Counted from the first letter of the stretch, positions 48,954 through 59,424 are shown. The stretch: DNA of 64,000 nucleotides from an uncultured Chloroflexia bacterium (GCA_963814375.1 CAWFCQ010000008.1:128001-192000); one strand, 5' to 3'. The notes: generated from the letters alone by a model not told the origin. Program-made: numbers and translations.

Positions 48954-50696
48954 TTAAAACGAGCCGGATCCGCCTCCGCCACCGCCGCCTCCGCCACCGC
49001 CGAAGCCGCCTCCTCCACCACCGCTCGAGCTCGACGCGCTCGAAGGCGGCGACGACCCCACGCTTCCGAGCGCGTCGAACATGCCGCCGATGTCGGGGAT
49101 GGCCGATCCGGAGAAGCCGCTGCCCGATCCGTAGATGGCGCCGCCGGCGAGCCCCGCCGCCGATCCGCCGCTCCACGCCGACGATGAGGACGAGCCGCTC
49201 GATCCGAGCCACATCGGGTAGTACGCGCCCTGCGGCGACCCGGTCGCCTCGCGTTGCTCCTCCAGGCCCCGGGCGAGGACCTCGGAGACCTCGTTGTGGA
49301 GGCCGAGCGCGAGGCCCCACACCACCGCCTTGTCGGGAGTGTCGGCCAGCTTCGCGATCTCCGGCTGCTGGACCACCTCGCCCATGTTGCGCGCCTGCTC
49401 CATCGTCTTGGCCAGGGTGCGTCGGTAGGCAGTCAGCATGGCATCGACGTACGCGCCGCTCTGGGTGCGCTGGCTCATGGCACGACCGAACGCGATCGTC
49501 CCGATTCCGCCGAGCACCAGCGCGCTGCCCAGCATGACCGCGCCGCTCATCGGGATGATGATGCCGAGGCCCACGATCCCGGCGCCGATGACTGCGATGG
49601 CGATGCCGATGCCGGTCATCCGGGCGATCGAAGGCCCCGGCATGCGCGCCAGCCAGCCGAGCCTGACCGCCTCGTACTCGAGCGCGCCCTTCACCGGCTC
49701 GAGACTCGAGTTCAGACGCCACAGACGCTCGCGGCTGAGGCTGTTGGACTCTCCAGCCAGCTGGCGAATCCTGTCCCACGCCTCGTTCTGCGGCTTGCCG
49801 ATCGGCTTTCGATCGTCGTCGCGGTTGACCACGATGGCCGGATCGGTGAGCGGATCCGGCTCGTCGTCGCTCTTCATGCCGCGCACGTTCTCGATGTTCA
49901 TCAGCTCGATGCGGCCGCTGGAGGCGAGCTCGACCAGGGTGGTGTTGATCGTGTGCTGGTCTGCTCGGCCCTGCCGGATGACGGTGGCGAGCGCCGGGGT
50001 CATCTCGGCCGGAGGGCCGGCCATCAGGATCGACGGCGAGTCCACAAGCTCCGGGTCGTCGCCCTCTCGGCGCCAGCGCCGCCAGGCGAGCCCGAGCGTC
50101 GCGACCAGCGCGATCGGGGCCGCGATCAGGCCGAGACCGGCATTCACGACCCGCATCGTCTCGATCCGAGCACGCCCGTCGCCGGTCACCCGGCTGTCGA
50201 CCTCGGCGATCGTGGCGAGAGTGGCGCCCTCGAGGTCGCCGTTGAGCGCCGCAGGGACGAACTCGTCGCTGACGATCTCCTGGAGCGCCTCCTCGTCGGC
50301 GTAGGCCGCCAGGAAGCCGGAGCCGCCGTACAGCGCGACCTTCCCGTTGATGAGGTTCTCCTCGAGCCCGACCATGAGGACGAGCCCGTCGTCGAAGCCT
50401 GAGCGGCCGATGCCCCACTGGTCCATGAGCGCGCGTGCGTTCGAGAAGTTCATCTCCTCGCCCACGCCCGGATCGACCTGCGTGTAGACGACGACCTCGG
50501 CTCCGGATCGCGCCTCGATCCCGTCGATCGTGCTCTCCAGCTGTTGCTCGGCCGCGGGCGAGAGGATCCCGGCCGTGTCGTAGACCGCCTGGTCGAGCAC
50601 CGGCTCGGGGAACGGCGGTCCGGCCGCGACCGCGACGCCGGCCGTCAGCGCGAGGAGCCCGAGCGCGCCCGGGAGCGCGCGAGCGCTTCGATGCAT
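48954..50696 (-). CDS. TPM domain membrane protein with DUF2207-like C-terminal part
   Basis: VYDTAGILS, EVVVYT, WGIGRSGFDDGLVL; TMs; Gly/Ser-rich tail GGGGGGFGGGGGGGGGGGSGSF. Confidence 0.8.
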   Translation of the reverse strand: MHRSARALPGALGLLALTAGVAVAAGPPFPEPVLDQAVYDTAGILSPAAEQQLESTIDGIEARSGAEVVVYTQVDPGVGEEMNFSNARALMDQWGIGRSGFDDGLVLMVGLEENLINGKVALYGGSGFLAAYADEEALQEIVSDEFVPAALNGDLEGATLATIAEVDSRVTGDGRARIETMRVVNAGLGLIAAPIALVATLGLAWRRWRREGDDPELVDSPSILMAGPPAEMTPALATVIRQGRADQHTINTTLVELASSGRIELMNIENVRGMKSDDEPDPLTDPAIVVNRDDDRKPIGKPQNEAWDRIRQLAGESNSLSRERLWRLNSSLEPVKGALEYEAVRLGWLARMPGPSIARMTGIGIAIAVIGAGIVGLGIIIPMSGAVMLGSALVLGGIGTIAFGRAMSQRTQSGAYVDAMLTAYRRTLAKTMEQARNMGEVVQQPEIAKLADTPDKAVVWGLALGLHNEVSEVLARGLEEQREATGSPQGAYYPMWLGSSGSSSSSAWSGGSAAGLAGGAIYGSGSGFSGSAIPDIGGMFDALGSVGSSPPSSASSSSGGGGGGFGGGGGGGGGGGSGSF

Positions 50697-50746
50697 GCGC
50701 CGCAGCATACCGACGCCGTCCGGCTGCGGCTCGTCCGCCGCGCGGC

Positions 50747-51205
50747 TCACGAGCAGCTGATCGTCACTGAGCCCGGCTCGGCCTCGAGCCCGGGGATCGT
50801 CTCCACCAGCTCCTGCGTCGCACCACCCGCGATCCGGTCGGTGATCGTGCTGCGTGTCCGTAGCCGCTCTCCGTCGGTGCCGAGCGCCACGAGGCGGCAC
50901 TTCGCCCGTCCAGGATTCGTCCCCTCGTTCGTCACCGCGTAGGTGATGGCATAGCCGACGGGCTCCGCCGGCGCCACGCCGCGCAGCTCGGCCGCGTACG
51001 GGCCGACGCCGCGGAGCGAGAGGCTCGCGGCGACCGCGAGGCCGGCCACCGCGAGGACGATCGCCACCACGATGGTGCCGTGGTACTGCGAGGCGGATGG
51101 GGTCGCCATGCCCGCCTGGTTGCAGACCTGGCAGATCGACTCATCGGGCCCGACCTCACGGCCGCACTTTATGCATCGGCGAAGCTCGCGCGCAGATTCC
51201 GACAT
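50747..51205 (-). CDS. Zinc-ribbon membrane-anchored hypothetical protein
   Basis: CIKC...CQVC, one TM, Ig-like C-terminus (VTNEG..C...C). Confidence 0.65.
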   Translation of the reverse strand: MSESARELRRCIKCGREVGPDESICQVCNQAGMATPSASQYHGTIVVAIVLAVAGLAVAASLSLRGVGPYAAELRGVAPAEPVGYAITYAVTNEGTNPGRAKCRLVALGTDGERLRTRSTITDRIAGGATQELVETIPGLEAEPGSVTISCS

Positions 51206-51207
51206 CG

Positions 51208-51849
51208 TCAGCCGCGGGGTGCCGCGAGACGCTCGCCGGCCTCGATCGCGACCGGCAGCCAGTTCTCCTGCGGGGCGAGGGGGCACGACCACACCGAGTC
51301 GTAGGTGCACGAGGGGTGATAGGCGTAGTTGAAGTCGAGGACGAGCTCGTCGCCGTCGGCGCCGAGGTCCGCCCCCTTGGCCGAGTCCCACAGGTAGCGT
51401 CCGCCGCCATAGGTGTCGGTCCCGCTGGTTGCGTCGCGGAAGGGGATGAAGAGGCCGCCCGCGTAGTCGTTCAGCCAGAAGACCGAGAGTCGGCAGGGCG
51501 AGCCATCGACCATGAAGCGCACCCAGCCGATACGCGCGAGAGGAAGGTGCGGCCCGTCATCGGAGCGGGGGACGTCGAGGTCGGGCGCGGCGGGATCGGC
51601 TTCGAGGTGCGCGCGCAACGCGAGGGCGGGGTCGTGGCGGAAGTAGGCGAGGCCCGCGAAGTCCCGTCGCTCGTCGGCCGGGATCGGCGAGGATGGATGC
51701 TCGGCGAAGAGCCGATCACGCGCCGTGCGGAAGGCTATCGCCCGCATCGGCCCGGGACGCTCGTCCCGGCGGAGTGAGGCGTAGAGCTCGGCGACGCGAC
51801 GGCGCCAGTCGGCGAGATCGAGGTGGCGTGTGGGGGCCGTGGTCCGCAT
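51208..51849 (-). CDS. DUF1684 domain protein
   Basis: LF..HPSSP, F.GL.YF, FIPFRDATSG..TYGGGRYL, LDFNYAYHPSC..WSCPL.P.EN.L..IEAGE. Confidence 0.88.
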   Translation of the reverse strand: MRTTAPTRHLDLADWRRRVAELYASLRRDERPGPMRAIAFRTARDRLFAEHPSSPIPADERRDFAGLAYFRHDPALALRAHLEADPAAPDLDVPRSDDGPHLPLARIGWVRFMVDGSPCRLSVFWLNDYAGGLFIPFRDATSGTDTYGGGRYLWDSAKGADLGADGDELVLDFNYAYHPSCTYDSVWSCPLAPQENWLPVAIEAGERLAAPRG

Positions 51850-51872
51850 CGGCTCCCATGATGAACGACGAA

Positions 51873-51900
51873 GGGGCGGACCGGCGAACCGGCCCGCCCC
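51873..51900 (-). terminator. Stem-loop terminator after the osmoprotectant SBP gene
   Basis: Minus strand GGGGCGGGCCGG-TTCG-CCGGTCCGCCCC followed by TTCGT. Confidence 0.6.
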
Positions 51901-51920
51901 AAGGCTTCGAGAGGATCGGC

Positions 51921-52847
51921 CTAGTCCAGGCCGTTATCGGTCAGCCACTCGCTGGCGATGTCCTCGTAGCTCTCCTGCTCCGCGATGCGGAGGTTCAGCG
52001 CGGTGAGCTCCTCCGTGGTCAGCAGCTCGCTGACCGCGTTGAGCGCGCTGGCCAGGGCGTCCCCACCGGCGTCGGCCAGCTCCTGGGTCAGCACCGGCGC
52101 GAGGTTCTGAGCCGGCGCCAGACCGCCGTCGTCCTCCATCAGGACGAAGTTGAAGCTGGCGATCTCAGCCTGCGTGGTGCAGACCTGGGCCACGTCGATC
52201 GCGCCCTCGTTCAGCGCCTGGGCGATCTCGGCTCCGCACGGATCGAGCGACTCGGTGTCGAGCGTCGCGATGTCGATGCCGTAGACGTCGTTCAGGCCCG
52301 GGCCGCAGACCGGGTTCTCCGGGCATCCGGATGCCAGACCCCAGACGAGCTGATCCGCCACGCCGGCGAGATCGGTCATGTTCGCCAGGCTCAGCTCCTC
52401 GGCCGTCTCGCTGCGGACCGCGAAACCGTCGGCATCGGTCCCCGGCGAGAAGTCCAGCGCCGTCTGGCCGATCTCCTCGAGCGCGGCGACGAGGTTCGCG
52501 TGCGTCTCCTCGGCGTCTGACGAGATCTCGGCTTCGAGCAGGCTTGCGAGGCCGCCGAGGTAGTCGGGTGCCAGGTTGATGTCGCCGCTGTCGAACGCCG
52601 CGCGGACCGCGGGACGTTCACCGAGCTCCAGGTTTCGCTCGACCGTGAAGCCGTTTGCCTCCAGGGCCTGGGCGTAGATCTCGGCCACCAGGGCCGCCTC
52701 CGGGAAGCCGGCGGAGCCCATGGACACCTCCGGCAGGTCGGCTGACTGGCTGCCTGCCGACGGACTGCTTCCCTCTCCCGGCGAGCAGGCGCTGAGGACC
52801 AGCACCATCGTCGCCGCCCCGAGGGCGAGCGTGCGGTTGATCCGCAT
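51921..52847 (-). CDS. Osmoprotectant (glycine betaine-type) ABC substrate-binding lipoprotein
   Basis: Lipobox LSAC; GSAGFPEAALVAEIYAQALEANG, PDYLG, LNAVS..LTTEEL. Confidence 0.85.
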   Translation of the reverse strand: MRINRTLALGAATMVLVLSACSPGEGSSPSAGSQSADLPEVSMGSAGFPEAALVAEIYAQALEANGFTVERNLELGERPAVRAAFDSGDINLAPDYLGGLASLLEAEISSDAEETHANLVAALEEIGQTALDFSPGTDADGFAVRSETAEELSLANMTDLAGVADQLVWGLASGCPENPVCGPGLNDVYGIDIATLDTESLDPCGAEIAQALNEGAIDVAQVCTTQAEIASFNFVLMEDDGGLAPAQNLAPVLTQELADAGGDALASALNAVSELLTTEELTALNLRIAEQESYEDIASEWLTDNGLD

Positions 52848-52959
52848 TGGGTTCTCCTTCTGTGCATGGCGAAGCCGGATTCAGCCTCGCCGGTGAGCGG
52901 CAGTCTACCGCAGGGTCCGGGTGGCCCCGACTTCGGTACGTGTCAAGTGGCGTGCCGGT

Positions 52960-53703
52960 TCATCGCTCGTCGACGACGACGGGGGCGAGCGTGCGATCTC
53001 GCATGCGCTCCGGCCCGGAGGGTCGCACGCCGGGTGAGACCGAGATGCGCTCGACCAGCGAGAAGGCGAGCTCGACCATGATCGCCAGGATCGCGACGAG
53101 GATGGCGGCGCCCACCACGCGGTCGAGGGCGCGGACGAAGATGCCCTGCACGATGAAGTCGCCCAGCGTCCCACCGCCCACGATCGCGGCCAGCGTGGCG
53201 GTCGCCACGATCTGGACCGCCGATACCCGGACGCCGGCCAGGATGACCGGGAACGCAATCGGGATCTCGACCTGGCGCACGATCTCGGACTCGCGCATCC
53301 CCATCCCGCGTCCCGCGTCGACCATGTCGCGATCGACCTCGCGCATCCCCGCGTACGTGTTCGTCACGATCGGCGGGATTCCGAGCGCGGTCAGCGCGAT
53401 GACGGAGGGAATGAACCCGAGCCCGGCCCGCCCCAGCAGGACGAGCGTGATCGGGAAGACGATGCCGAGCCATCCGACCGACGGCACCGCCCGCCCGATG
53501 TTGGCGACGGCGATGACGGTCCCGGCGGCTCGGCCGGTGTGCCCGATCCAGAGGCCAAGCGGGAGGCCGATGGCGATGGCGATGGCGAGCGCCGTCGCCG
53601 AGATCGAGAGGTGCTCCCAGATCCGCAGGAAGATCCCGTTGCGCTCATCGGTCCAGTTGTCCGGGTTCGACAGCCAGGCCAGTGCTTCGCCGAACAGCTC
53701 CAC
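52960..53703 (-). CDS. Osmoprotectant ABC permease
   Basis: EHLSIS, NIGRAVPS, PPIVTNT, AGRGMGM, VEIPIA. Confidence 0.88.
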   Translation of the reverse strand: MELFGEALAWLSNPDNWTDERNGIFLRIWEHLSISATALAIAIAIGLPLGLWIGHTGRAAGTVIAVANIGRAVPSVGWLGIVFPITLVLLGRAGLGFIPSVIALTALGIPPIVTNTYAGMREVDRDMVDAGRGMGMRESEIVRQVEIPIAFPVILAGVRVSAVQIVATATLAAIVGGGTLGDFIVQGIFVRALDRVVGAAILVAILAIMVELAFSLVERISVSPGVRPSGPERMRDRTLAPVVVDER

Positions 53704-53706
53704 CGG

Positions 53707-54375
53707 TCAGGCGCTCGCGTCGCGGGCGCGAGCCCACGGGGTCAGCCGGCGCTGGAGCCACTGCAGGCCGAGGTCCGCCCCGACGGCGAGCAGCACGCAC
53801 AGGATCACTCCCACGTAGATCGAGGTCGGGAAGAACCGCCGCGTTCCGCTGTTGATGATCAGGTAGCCGAGGCCGCCCAGCCCGATGAACGTGGTGATGG
53901 CCACGAGCCCCACGGTGGTCACCGTGGCGATGCGCAGCCCGGCGATGACCACCGGGACGGCGAGGGGAAGCTCGACGCGCAGGAAGCGCTGCCGTGGCGC
54001 ATAGCCCATGCCGGTGGCCGCCTCGATGGCGTCGGCCGGGACGTTGTCGAGCGCGACCACGATGTTGCGCACGAGGATGAGGAGCGTGTACAGCACGAGC
54101 GCGATGATGCCCGTCGTGAGCGTCAGCCCGGTCAGCGGGATGAGCAGGACGAACATGGCCAGCGATGGGATCGCGTAGAGCGTCCCGGTGATCGCCACGA
54201 TCGGGCCGTACAGCCACCGATAACGTCGCGCCAGGAGCGCCAGACCGAAGCTCAGCACGAAGCCGATGAAGACGGCGCCGAGCACCATGAGCACGTGCTC
54301 TCCCAGGCGCTGCCCGATCTCGTCGAGGTTGTCGATGATCCAGTCGATTCGGATGAACGGCTGGCCCTCGGTCAC
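53707..54375 (-). CDS. Osmoprotectant ABC permease
   Basis: GTG 54375; LYAIPSLA, EAATGMG, VELPLAVP, GLGGLG. Confidence 0.88.
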   Translation of the reverse strand: MTEGQPFIRIDWIIDNLDEIGQRLGEHVLMVLGAVFIGFVLSFGLALLARRYRWLYGPIVAITGTLYAIPSLAMFVLLIPLTGLTLTTGIIALVLYTLLILVRNIVVALDNVPADAIEAATGMGYAPRQRFLRVELPLAVPVVIAGLRIATVTTVGLVAITTFIGLGGLGYLIINSGTRRFFPTSIYVGVILCVLLAVGADLGLQWLQRRLTPWARARDASA

Positions 54376-55514
54376 GACGGGACCTCGACCCGGAGCCGGT
54401 CGCCGATCGCATCGACGCTGACGAGGCCGATCACCCGCTCGCGTCGATCGACGACCACACCGAGCTGGACGCTCGAGCCCAGCATCGCCGAGAGTGCGTC
54501 GCGCAGCGTTGTCTCGAGCTGGACCGTGGGTGCTCCGGGAAAGGCGGCATCTTCCTTGACAGGCCCGTCGCCGGCCAGCGCATGCCGATCGAGCCATCCG
54601 ACGGGACGCTCGTCGCCGTCGACGAGGAGCGCGAAGGCGAGCTCCGCGCTCCCATCGAGGCGCCCTCGGACCTCGGCCCGGTCCTCGCCGACGCGGACGA
54701 CGAGCGGCTCGATGAGATCCAGCTCGCCGACTCGAGCGAGCGAGAGGCGCTTCAGGCCCCGATCGGCACCCACGAAGCGCTCCACGAACTCGGATGCCGG
54801 GTTGGCCAGGATCTCCGCTGGCGTGTCGTACTGGGCCAGGATCCCGCCGCGCTCGAGGATCGCGATGCGGTCGGCCATCTTGATCGCCTCGTCCACGTCA
54901 TGGGTGACGAACACGATCGTCTTGCGGACCTGCTCCTGGAGCCGCAGGAACTCGTTCTGGAGGCGTTCGCGCCGGATCGGGTCGACCGCGCCGAACGGCT
55001 CGTCCATGAGCATGACCGGCGGATCCGCGGCGAGGGCGCGAGCCACGCCGACGCGCTGGCGCTCGCCGCCGGAGAGCTCGCTCGGATATCGGTCACGGTA
55101 GGCCGGCTCGAGCCCGACGAGGTCGAGCAGCTCGTTCGTCCGCGCGCGGATGCGCTCGGCCGGCCAGCGCAGGAGGCGCGGCACGACCCCGACGTTCTCG
55201 GCGATGGTGAGGTGCGGAAAGAGGCCGACCTGCTGGATGACGTAGCCGATGTTTCGCCGAAGCTCGACCGCGGGCAGGCTCATGATGTCGCGCCCATCGA
55301 TCGTGATCCGGCCGCTCGTCGGCTCGATGAGCCGGTTGACCATCTTCATGGTCGTCGTCTTTCCGCAGCCTGATGGCCCCACGAGGACGCAGATCTCTCC
55401 GGCGGGGATGGTGAGGGTCAGATCGGTGACGGCCTCGGGGGTGCCCGGAGGGCCGTATCGCTTCGTGACGTGCTCGAAGGCAACGACCGCCCCGGCCGCG
55501 TCAGCGTCCTGCAT
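54372..55514 (-). CDS. Osmoprotectant ABC ATP-binding protein with CBS domains (OpuCA/OsmV-like)
   Basis: GPSGCGKTTTMKMVNRLIEP, IGYVIQQVGLFPH, LSGGERQR, MDEPFGAVD; C-terminal CBS-like pair. Confidence 0.9.
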   Translation of the reverse strand: MQDADAAGAVVAFEHVTKRYGPPGTPEAVTDLTLTIPAGEICVLVGPSGCGKTTTMKMVNRLIEPTSGRITIDGRDIMSLPAVELRRNIGYVIQQVGLFPHLTIAENVGVVPRLLRWPAERIRARTNELLDLVGLEPAYRDRYPSELSGGERQRVGVARALAADPPVMLMDEPFGAVDPIRRERLQNEFLRLQEQVRKTIVFVTHDVDEAIKMADRIAILERGGILAQYDTPAEILANPASEFVERFVGADRGLKRLSLARVGELDLIEPLVVRVGEDRAEVRGRLDGSAELAFALLVDGDERPVGWLDRHALAGDGPVKEDAAFPGAPTVQLETTLRDALSAMLGSSVQLGVVVDRRERVIGLVSVDAIGDRLRVEVPS

Positions 55515-55538
55515 CGGCCAATTCTAGGGTCAGCAAAC

Positions 55539-57524
55539 CTATCGATCGGCCAGGCGCCAGATCACGGGTCCGCGGTCGTAGACGGGCTCGAACTGGGACG
55601 ACGAGCCGAAGTCGACTGGCTCGACGCAGGGCTGAGGGCGGGCGCCGTCGATCACGTGGGTCGCGCCGAGCTGGCGCATCAGATCGGCCGATGCGTCCGC
55701 GTCGCCGCCGCAGTAGATGGTCATGACCTGTGCGATGCGCTCGTCCGGCCCGAAGCCCAGGTTGGCGATGTAGGCGCCGAAGGTCGTCAGCCGCCTTCGG
55801 CCGGCGGCGTCGGTCAGCGAGTTGACCCAGCCATCGGTGACGAAGACGGAATCAGCCGGCGTGTTGCTCGCCACCCAGCGAGAGGCCGCGAGGTCGGTCG
55901 CGCTCATGACCTGGAGGTTGCTCGTCGCCGTCCAGCCCGCCACCAGCAGCGGGGACGGCACGCTGAGCGCGATGACGACCGCGACCGCGGGCAGGGGCCA
56001 TCGACGCATGAGCCAGGCCGCGAGCACGGCGACCCCGATCCACATGGCCTGGAAATACTTGTTCATGTCGAAGTCGACGACGCTGACCTGCACGATGTTC
56101 GGGATCGCGAACAGCCCGATGACCCACGCGGCGAGGAAGGCGCGGTGGGGGAGCCGCGGGACGAAGATGGCGACGAGGGCGAGCACGAACGGCAGCCCGA
56201 GGTTGGTCAGGTAGAAGAAAGCGACCGCCCACCCGCCGTCGACGAACGGCGCCGACTGCCATCCCGGGACGAGCTTGAGCGAGCCCGATCCGGCGGCCTG
56301 GACGAGCGGCGCGAGGAGGAACGGAAGCGCGAGGAGGTAGGGGCCAAGGAACGCGGCCGCGTTGCGCGGGGCGTCGCGGTCGACGAGCCGGCCGCCGGTC
56401 ACCACCCAGGCCAGCGCCAGCAGCGGGACGGCCGGGAAGAAGAAGAAGTGGAACGGCGCCAGCAGCGCGCCCAGTGTCCCGGCCAGCACGAGCAGCATCG
56501 GCCGGTCGCGCCAGCCGGCAAGGCGAGCGCGCGCCGTGGGCAGGCCGGCGACCACGAGCAGGATCGCGCCGGCGACGATCGGCAGTCCCGCGGTCGTGGC
56601 GCGGTGGGCCAGCAACCCGGTGCCCATCACCGATGGGATGCGGAAATACGGCCAGCCGGTCAGCCACTGGTTGTCGTAGCTGTTCTGCGCGACCAGCTCG
56701 AGCCCGTCGCCCATCCCGGCCGAGAGGTCGCCGATGAATCGGACGTAGCCGAGCCCGCCGGCGAACACCGCCAAGGCCGCTGCCACCGTCGCGATCCGCA
56801 CCGCTCTTGGGCCGCGCAGCAGCCGGCGCGCCAGGGAGAAGACGATGAGCGCCAGGGCGCCGCTCAGCAGGGCGGACTGGACGACCATGGCGGGCACGCT
56901 GAACAGCTGCGCCGCCTCCGCCAGGATCGCGGCGTGGAAGTCCGCGAACCAGTGGTATACGAGCGGCGCGCCGGCGAAGTAGGGGACCTCCGGCGGGAAG
57001 TTGGCTCCGGCGTTGAGCGTCTCCGCGATCGAGAGGTGGACCCCGAGGTCGCTCCAGTTCGAGCCCCCCGAACTGACGCCGAATTCGTCGACGCGCCAGA
57101 TACCCGCAGCCAGTGCCCCGCCGACCACGAGGGCAGCGAGCCCGGCAACGACGATCGCGCCGGCCTGCCCGCGCCATCTCGAGTCACGGGGTGAGATCCC
57201 GACGCCACGCCAGGCGGCGTATGGAATCGGCGTCGCCAGGACGGCGGCGGCCGCGAACACGACGCCACGGCTGTAGCCACCGGCGAGGTGGGAGAGCCAG
57301 TAAACGAGGTGTGTCGACACCGCGACCGAGATCACGATCGCAAGACCAGCACGGCCGGCTGTGTCGATCCTGGGCCGCGCGAGCGACACCGCCGCCAAGC
57401 CGGGGAGGAGCAGGAGCGTGGGCCACACGACCGCGACGGCCAGGAGCGGGAAGAGCCAGGCGAGGACGAGCGCGATGGCGACGGCCAGGCTGGTGAGCGC
57501 CGCACGCACGGCTCGCGGGGTCAT
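55539..57524 (-). CDS. Polytopic membrane protein, GT-C-like glycosyltransferase candidate
   Basis: More than 12 TMs; loop NWSDLGVH..NFPP..PYFAG..YHWFAD; D.NKYF; soluble C-terminal W..NTP.DSVF domain. Confidence 0.6.
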   Translation of the reverse strand: MTPRAVRAALTSLAVAIALVLAWLFPLLAVAVVWPTLLLLPGLAAVSLARPRIDTAGRAGLAIVISVAVSTHLVYWLSHLAGGYSRGVVFAAAAVLATPIPYAAWRGVGISPRDSRWRGQAGAIVVAGLAALVVGGALAAGIWRVDEFGVSSGGSNWSDLGVHLSIAETLNAGANFPPEVPYFAGAPLVYHWFADFHAAILAEAAQLFSVPAMVVQSALLSGALALIVFSLARRLLRGPRAVRIATVAAALAVFAGGLGYVRFIGDLSAGMGDGLELVAQNSYDNQWLTGWPYFRIPSVMGTGLLAHRATTAGLPIVAGAILLVVAGLPTARARLAGWRDRPMLLVLAGTLGALLAPFHFFFFPAVPLLALAWVVTGGRLVDRDAPRNAAAFLGPYLLALPFLLAPLVQAAGSGSLKLVPGWQSAPFVDGGWAVAFFYLTNLGLPFVLALVAIFVPRLPHRAFLAAWVIGLFAIPNIVQVSVVDFDMNKYFQAMWIGVAVLAAWLMRRWPLPAVAVVIALSVPSPLLVAGWTATSNLQVMSATDLAASRWVASNTPADSVFVTDGWVNSLTDAAGRRRLTTFGAYIANLGFGPDERIAQVMTIYCGGDADASADLMRQLGATHVIDGARPQPCVEPVDFGSSSQFEPVYDRGPVIWRLADR

Positions 57525-57565
57525 CGGCAGCGGATCATACGACGCCGACCTAGACTGGCCGCCGA

Positions 57566-58264
57566 ATGCTGGCCTCGCTCGTCCGAGTGCATCCCTACGC
57601 GCTGCTGGCCGCGGCCTGCGCCGTCGCCTTCATCCTCCTGGCGGTGATGGTGGGCGCCGGCCTGACCGATGCGTTCGACGCCGCGATCATCGAGGCGATC
57701 CGGGCGCCGGAGCTCGACGCCGTGCTCGCGCCACTCGCGACGATCACAGAGCTCGGTTCGACATGGGCGATCGTCGTGGTCGCCGCCATCGCCTTCGCGC
57801 TCGGGGTCGCCATCGGCCCGTGGCGACACGGGCTCCTCGCCGCCCTGACGATCCTGGTCGCCTCCATCGTGGTCAGCCTGGTGAAGGTGAGGATCGCCCG
57901 CGATCGACCCGAGCTGCTGGAGCCGATCATCGTGGAGCACGGCTTCAGCTTTCCCTCCGGCCACGCGACTCTGTCGATGGTGGCGTACGGAGTGCTCGCG
58001 GTCCTCGTTGGCCGCACGAGGCTGCCACGTTGGCTGCGATCGGTCGTGATCTTCGGCCTCGGCATTCTCGTCGGGCTGATCGGGATCTCGCGCGTCTGGC
58101 TGGGGGTCCACTACCCGAGCGACGTCCTCGCCGGATGGGCCCTCGGCGGCGTGGTCGTGATCGGCTATGCGGCCCTCAGCCGCCGCGTGTCGCCTGCGCC
58201 AGCCGCGGTAGCGGTTGACGCGGATCCAGCAGCGCCACGATCCGATCGACCTGTGGTGGGGTGA
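57566..58264 (+). CDS. PAP2 family phosphatase (undecaprenyl-diphosphatase-like)
   Basis: K..IARDRP, SFPSGHA, SRVWLGVHYPSDV. Confidence 0.9.
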   Translation: MLASLVRVHPYALLAAACAVAFILLAVMVGAGLTDAFDAAIIEAIRAPELDAVLAPLATITELGSTWAIVVVAAIAFALGVAIGPWRHGLLAALTILVASIVVSLVKVRIARDRPELLEPIIVEHGFSFPSGHATLSMVAYGVLAVLVGRTRLPRWLRSVVIFGLGILVGLIGISRVWLGVHYPSDVLAGWALGGVVVIGYAALSRRVSPAPAAVAVDADPAAPRSDRPVVG

Positions 58265-58742
58265 GCACGTCCTCGGCCGAAACGAGGCCAGCGAGACGTC
58301 TCGGGTCGGCCTCCGCGGCGAGCCCGACCTCGTCGCCCGGGGCGGCGGAGATCTCCGCATCGTCGGGTGGGACGAGGATCGGCAGCACCGTGGCCGGGAG
58401 GCCGGCTCCCTCGAGCACGAGGCTCAGACGTCGCGCGGCGAGGCGGGCGGCGGTGATCGGCGCGGCCTCCCACGGCACCCACGACTCGGTGGATCGGTTC
58501 CAGCGATACCAATGCCCGTTGCGCCGCGTGAAGCGGCCGCGCTCGCTCCCGATGGTCAGGGCCCACGTGCCGCCAGGCCCGACGAGGACCGCGTCCACCG
58601 GCTCGATGCCGGACGGCGCAACCGATCGGAACCAGTGGTAGTCGTCGTCCAGGCGCTGGCCGAGGGCCGTGCCCAGCCGGTCCGGCGCCGGCAGTCCCGG
58701 GATGCCCAGGCGGCGCGTGCGCGTGGTTGTGTGGTTGATCAT
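58176..58742 (-). CDS. NERD-like (nuclease-related) domain protein
   Basis: LDDDYHWF...[11 protein letters not shown]; 3' end overlaps the PAP2 gene by about 89 bp. Confidence 0.55.
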   Translation of the reverse strand: MINHTTTRTRRLGIPGLPAPDRLGTALGQRLDDDYHWFRSVAPSGIEPVDAVLVGPGGTWALTIGSERGRFTRRNGHWYRWNRSTESWVPWEAAPITAARLAARRLSLVLEGAGLPATVLPILVPPDDAEISAAPGDEVGLAAEADPRRLAGLVSAEDVLTPPQVDRIVALLDPRQPLPRLAQATRGG

Positions 58743-58852
58743 GTGAGCCGCGTTTCCCAGGTGCGGAAGGCGTCGATTGGGCGTTTGCGAGTGTAGCGCG
58801 CGCTCGACATCGCGCACAGGCGATCGCCAGGCCAGGTCCTATGATGCGGCCC

Positions 58853-59419
58853 ATGGCTGATCCCAAGTCCTCGCTCGAGGCCGCCGTGAGCACCTTGCTG
58901 GGCGAGATCGGCGAGGACCCGTCGCGCGAGGGCCTGGTCCGCACGCCTGAGCGGGTACGGCGCATGTACGACGAGCTGACGGCCGGCTATCACGTCGATC
59001 CCGACGAGCTCATGAACGGCGCCTGCTTCAACGTCGACTACGACGAGATGGTCGTGGTCCGCGACATCGAGTTCTTCAGCCTGTGCGAGCATCACCTGCT
59101 GCCTTTCACCGGCGCCGCCCACGTCGGATACCTGCCACGCGGTCGCGTGGTCGGTCTCTCGAAGATCCCGCGCATCGTCGACATGTATGCCCATCGGCTC
59201 CAGATCCAGGAGCGGCTCACCGTCCAGGTCGCCGACTTCCTGATGGAGCGGCTCGAGCCGAAGGGTGTCGCATGCGTGATCGAGGCCACCCATCTGTGCA
59301 CGATGATGCGTGGCGTGAAGAAGCAGCAGGCGACGATGGTCACATCCTCGATGACCGGAACGTTCCGCCGCGACGCCCGGACCCGTGCCGAGTTCATGGG
59401 CCTCATCGGCAAGGCCTGA
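58853..59419 (+). CDS. folE: GTP cyclohydrolase I
   Basis: [50 protein letters not shown]. Confidence 0.95.
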   Translation: MADPKSSLEAAVSTLLGEIGEDPSREGLVRTPERVRRMYDELTAGYHVDPDELMNGACFNVDYDEMVVVRDIEFFSLCEHHLLPFTGAAHVGYLPRGRVVGLSKIPRIVDMYAHRLQIQERLTVQVADFLMERLEPKGVACVIEATHLCTMMRGVKKQQATMVTSSMTGTFRRDARTRAEFMGLIGKA

Positions 59420-59424
59420 GACCG

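Noticed and set aside
48954-49210. GCC/CCG-rich low-complexity tract
   Set aside because: It encodes the Gly/Ser tail typical of TPM and DUF2207 proteins.
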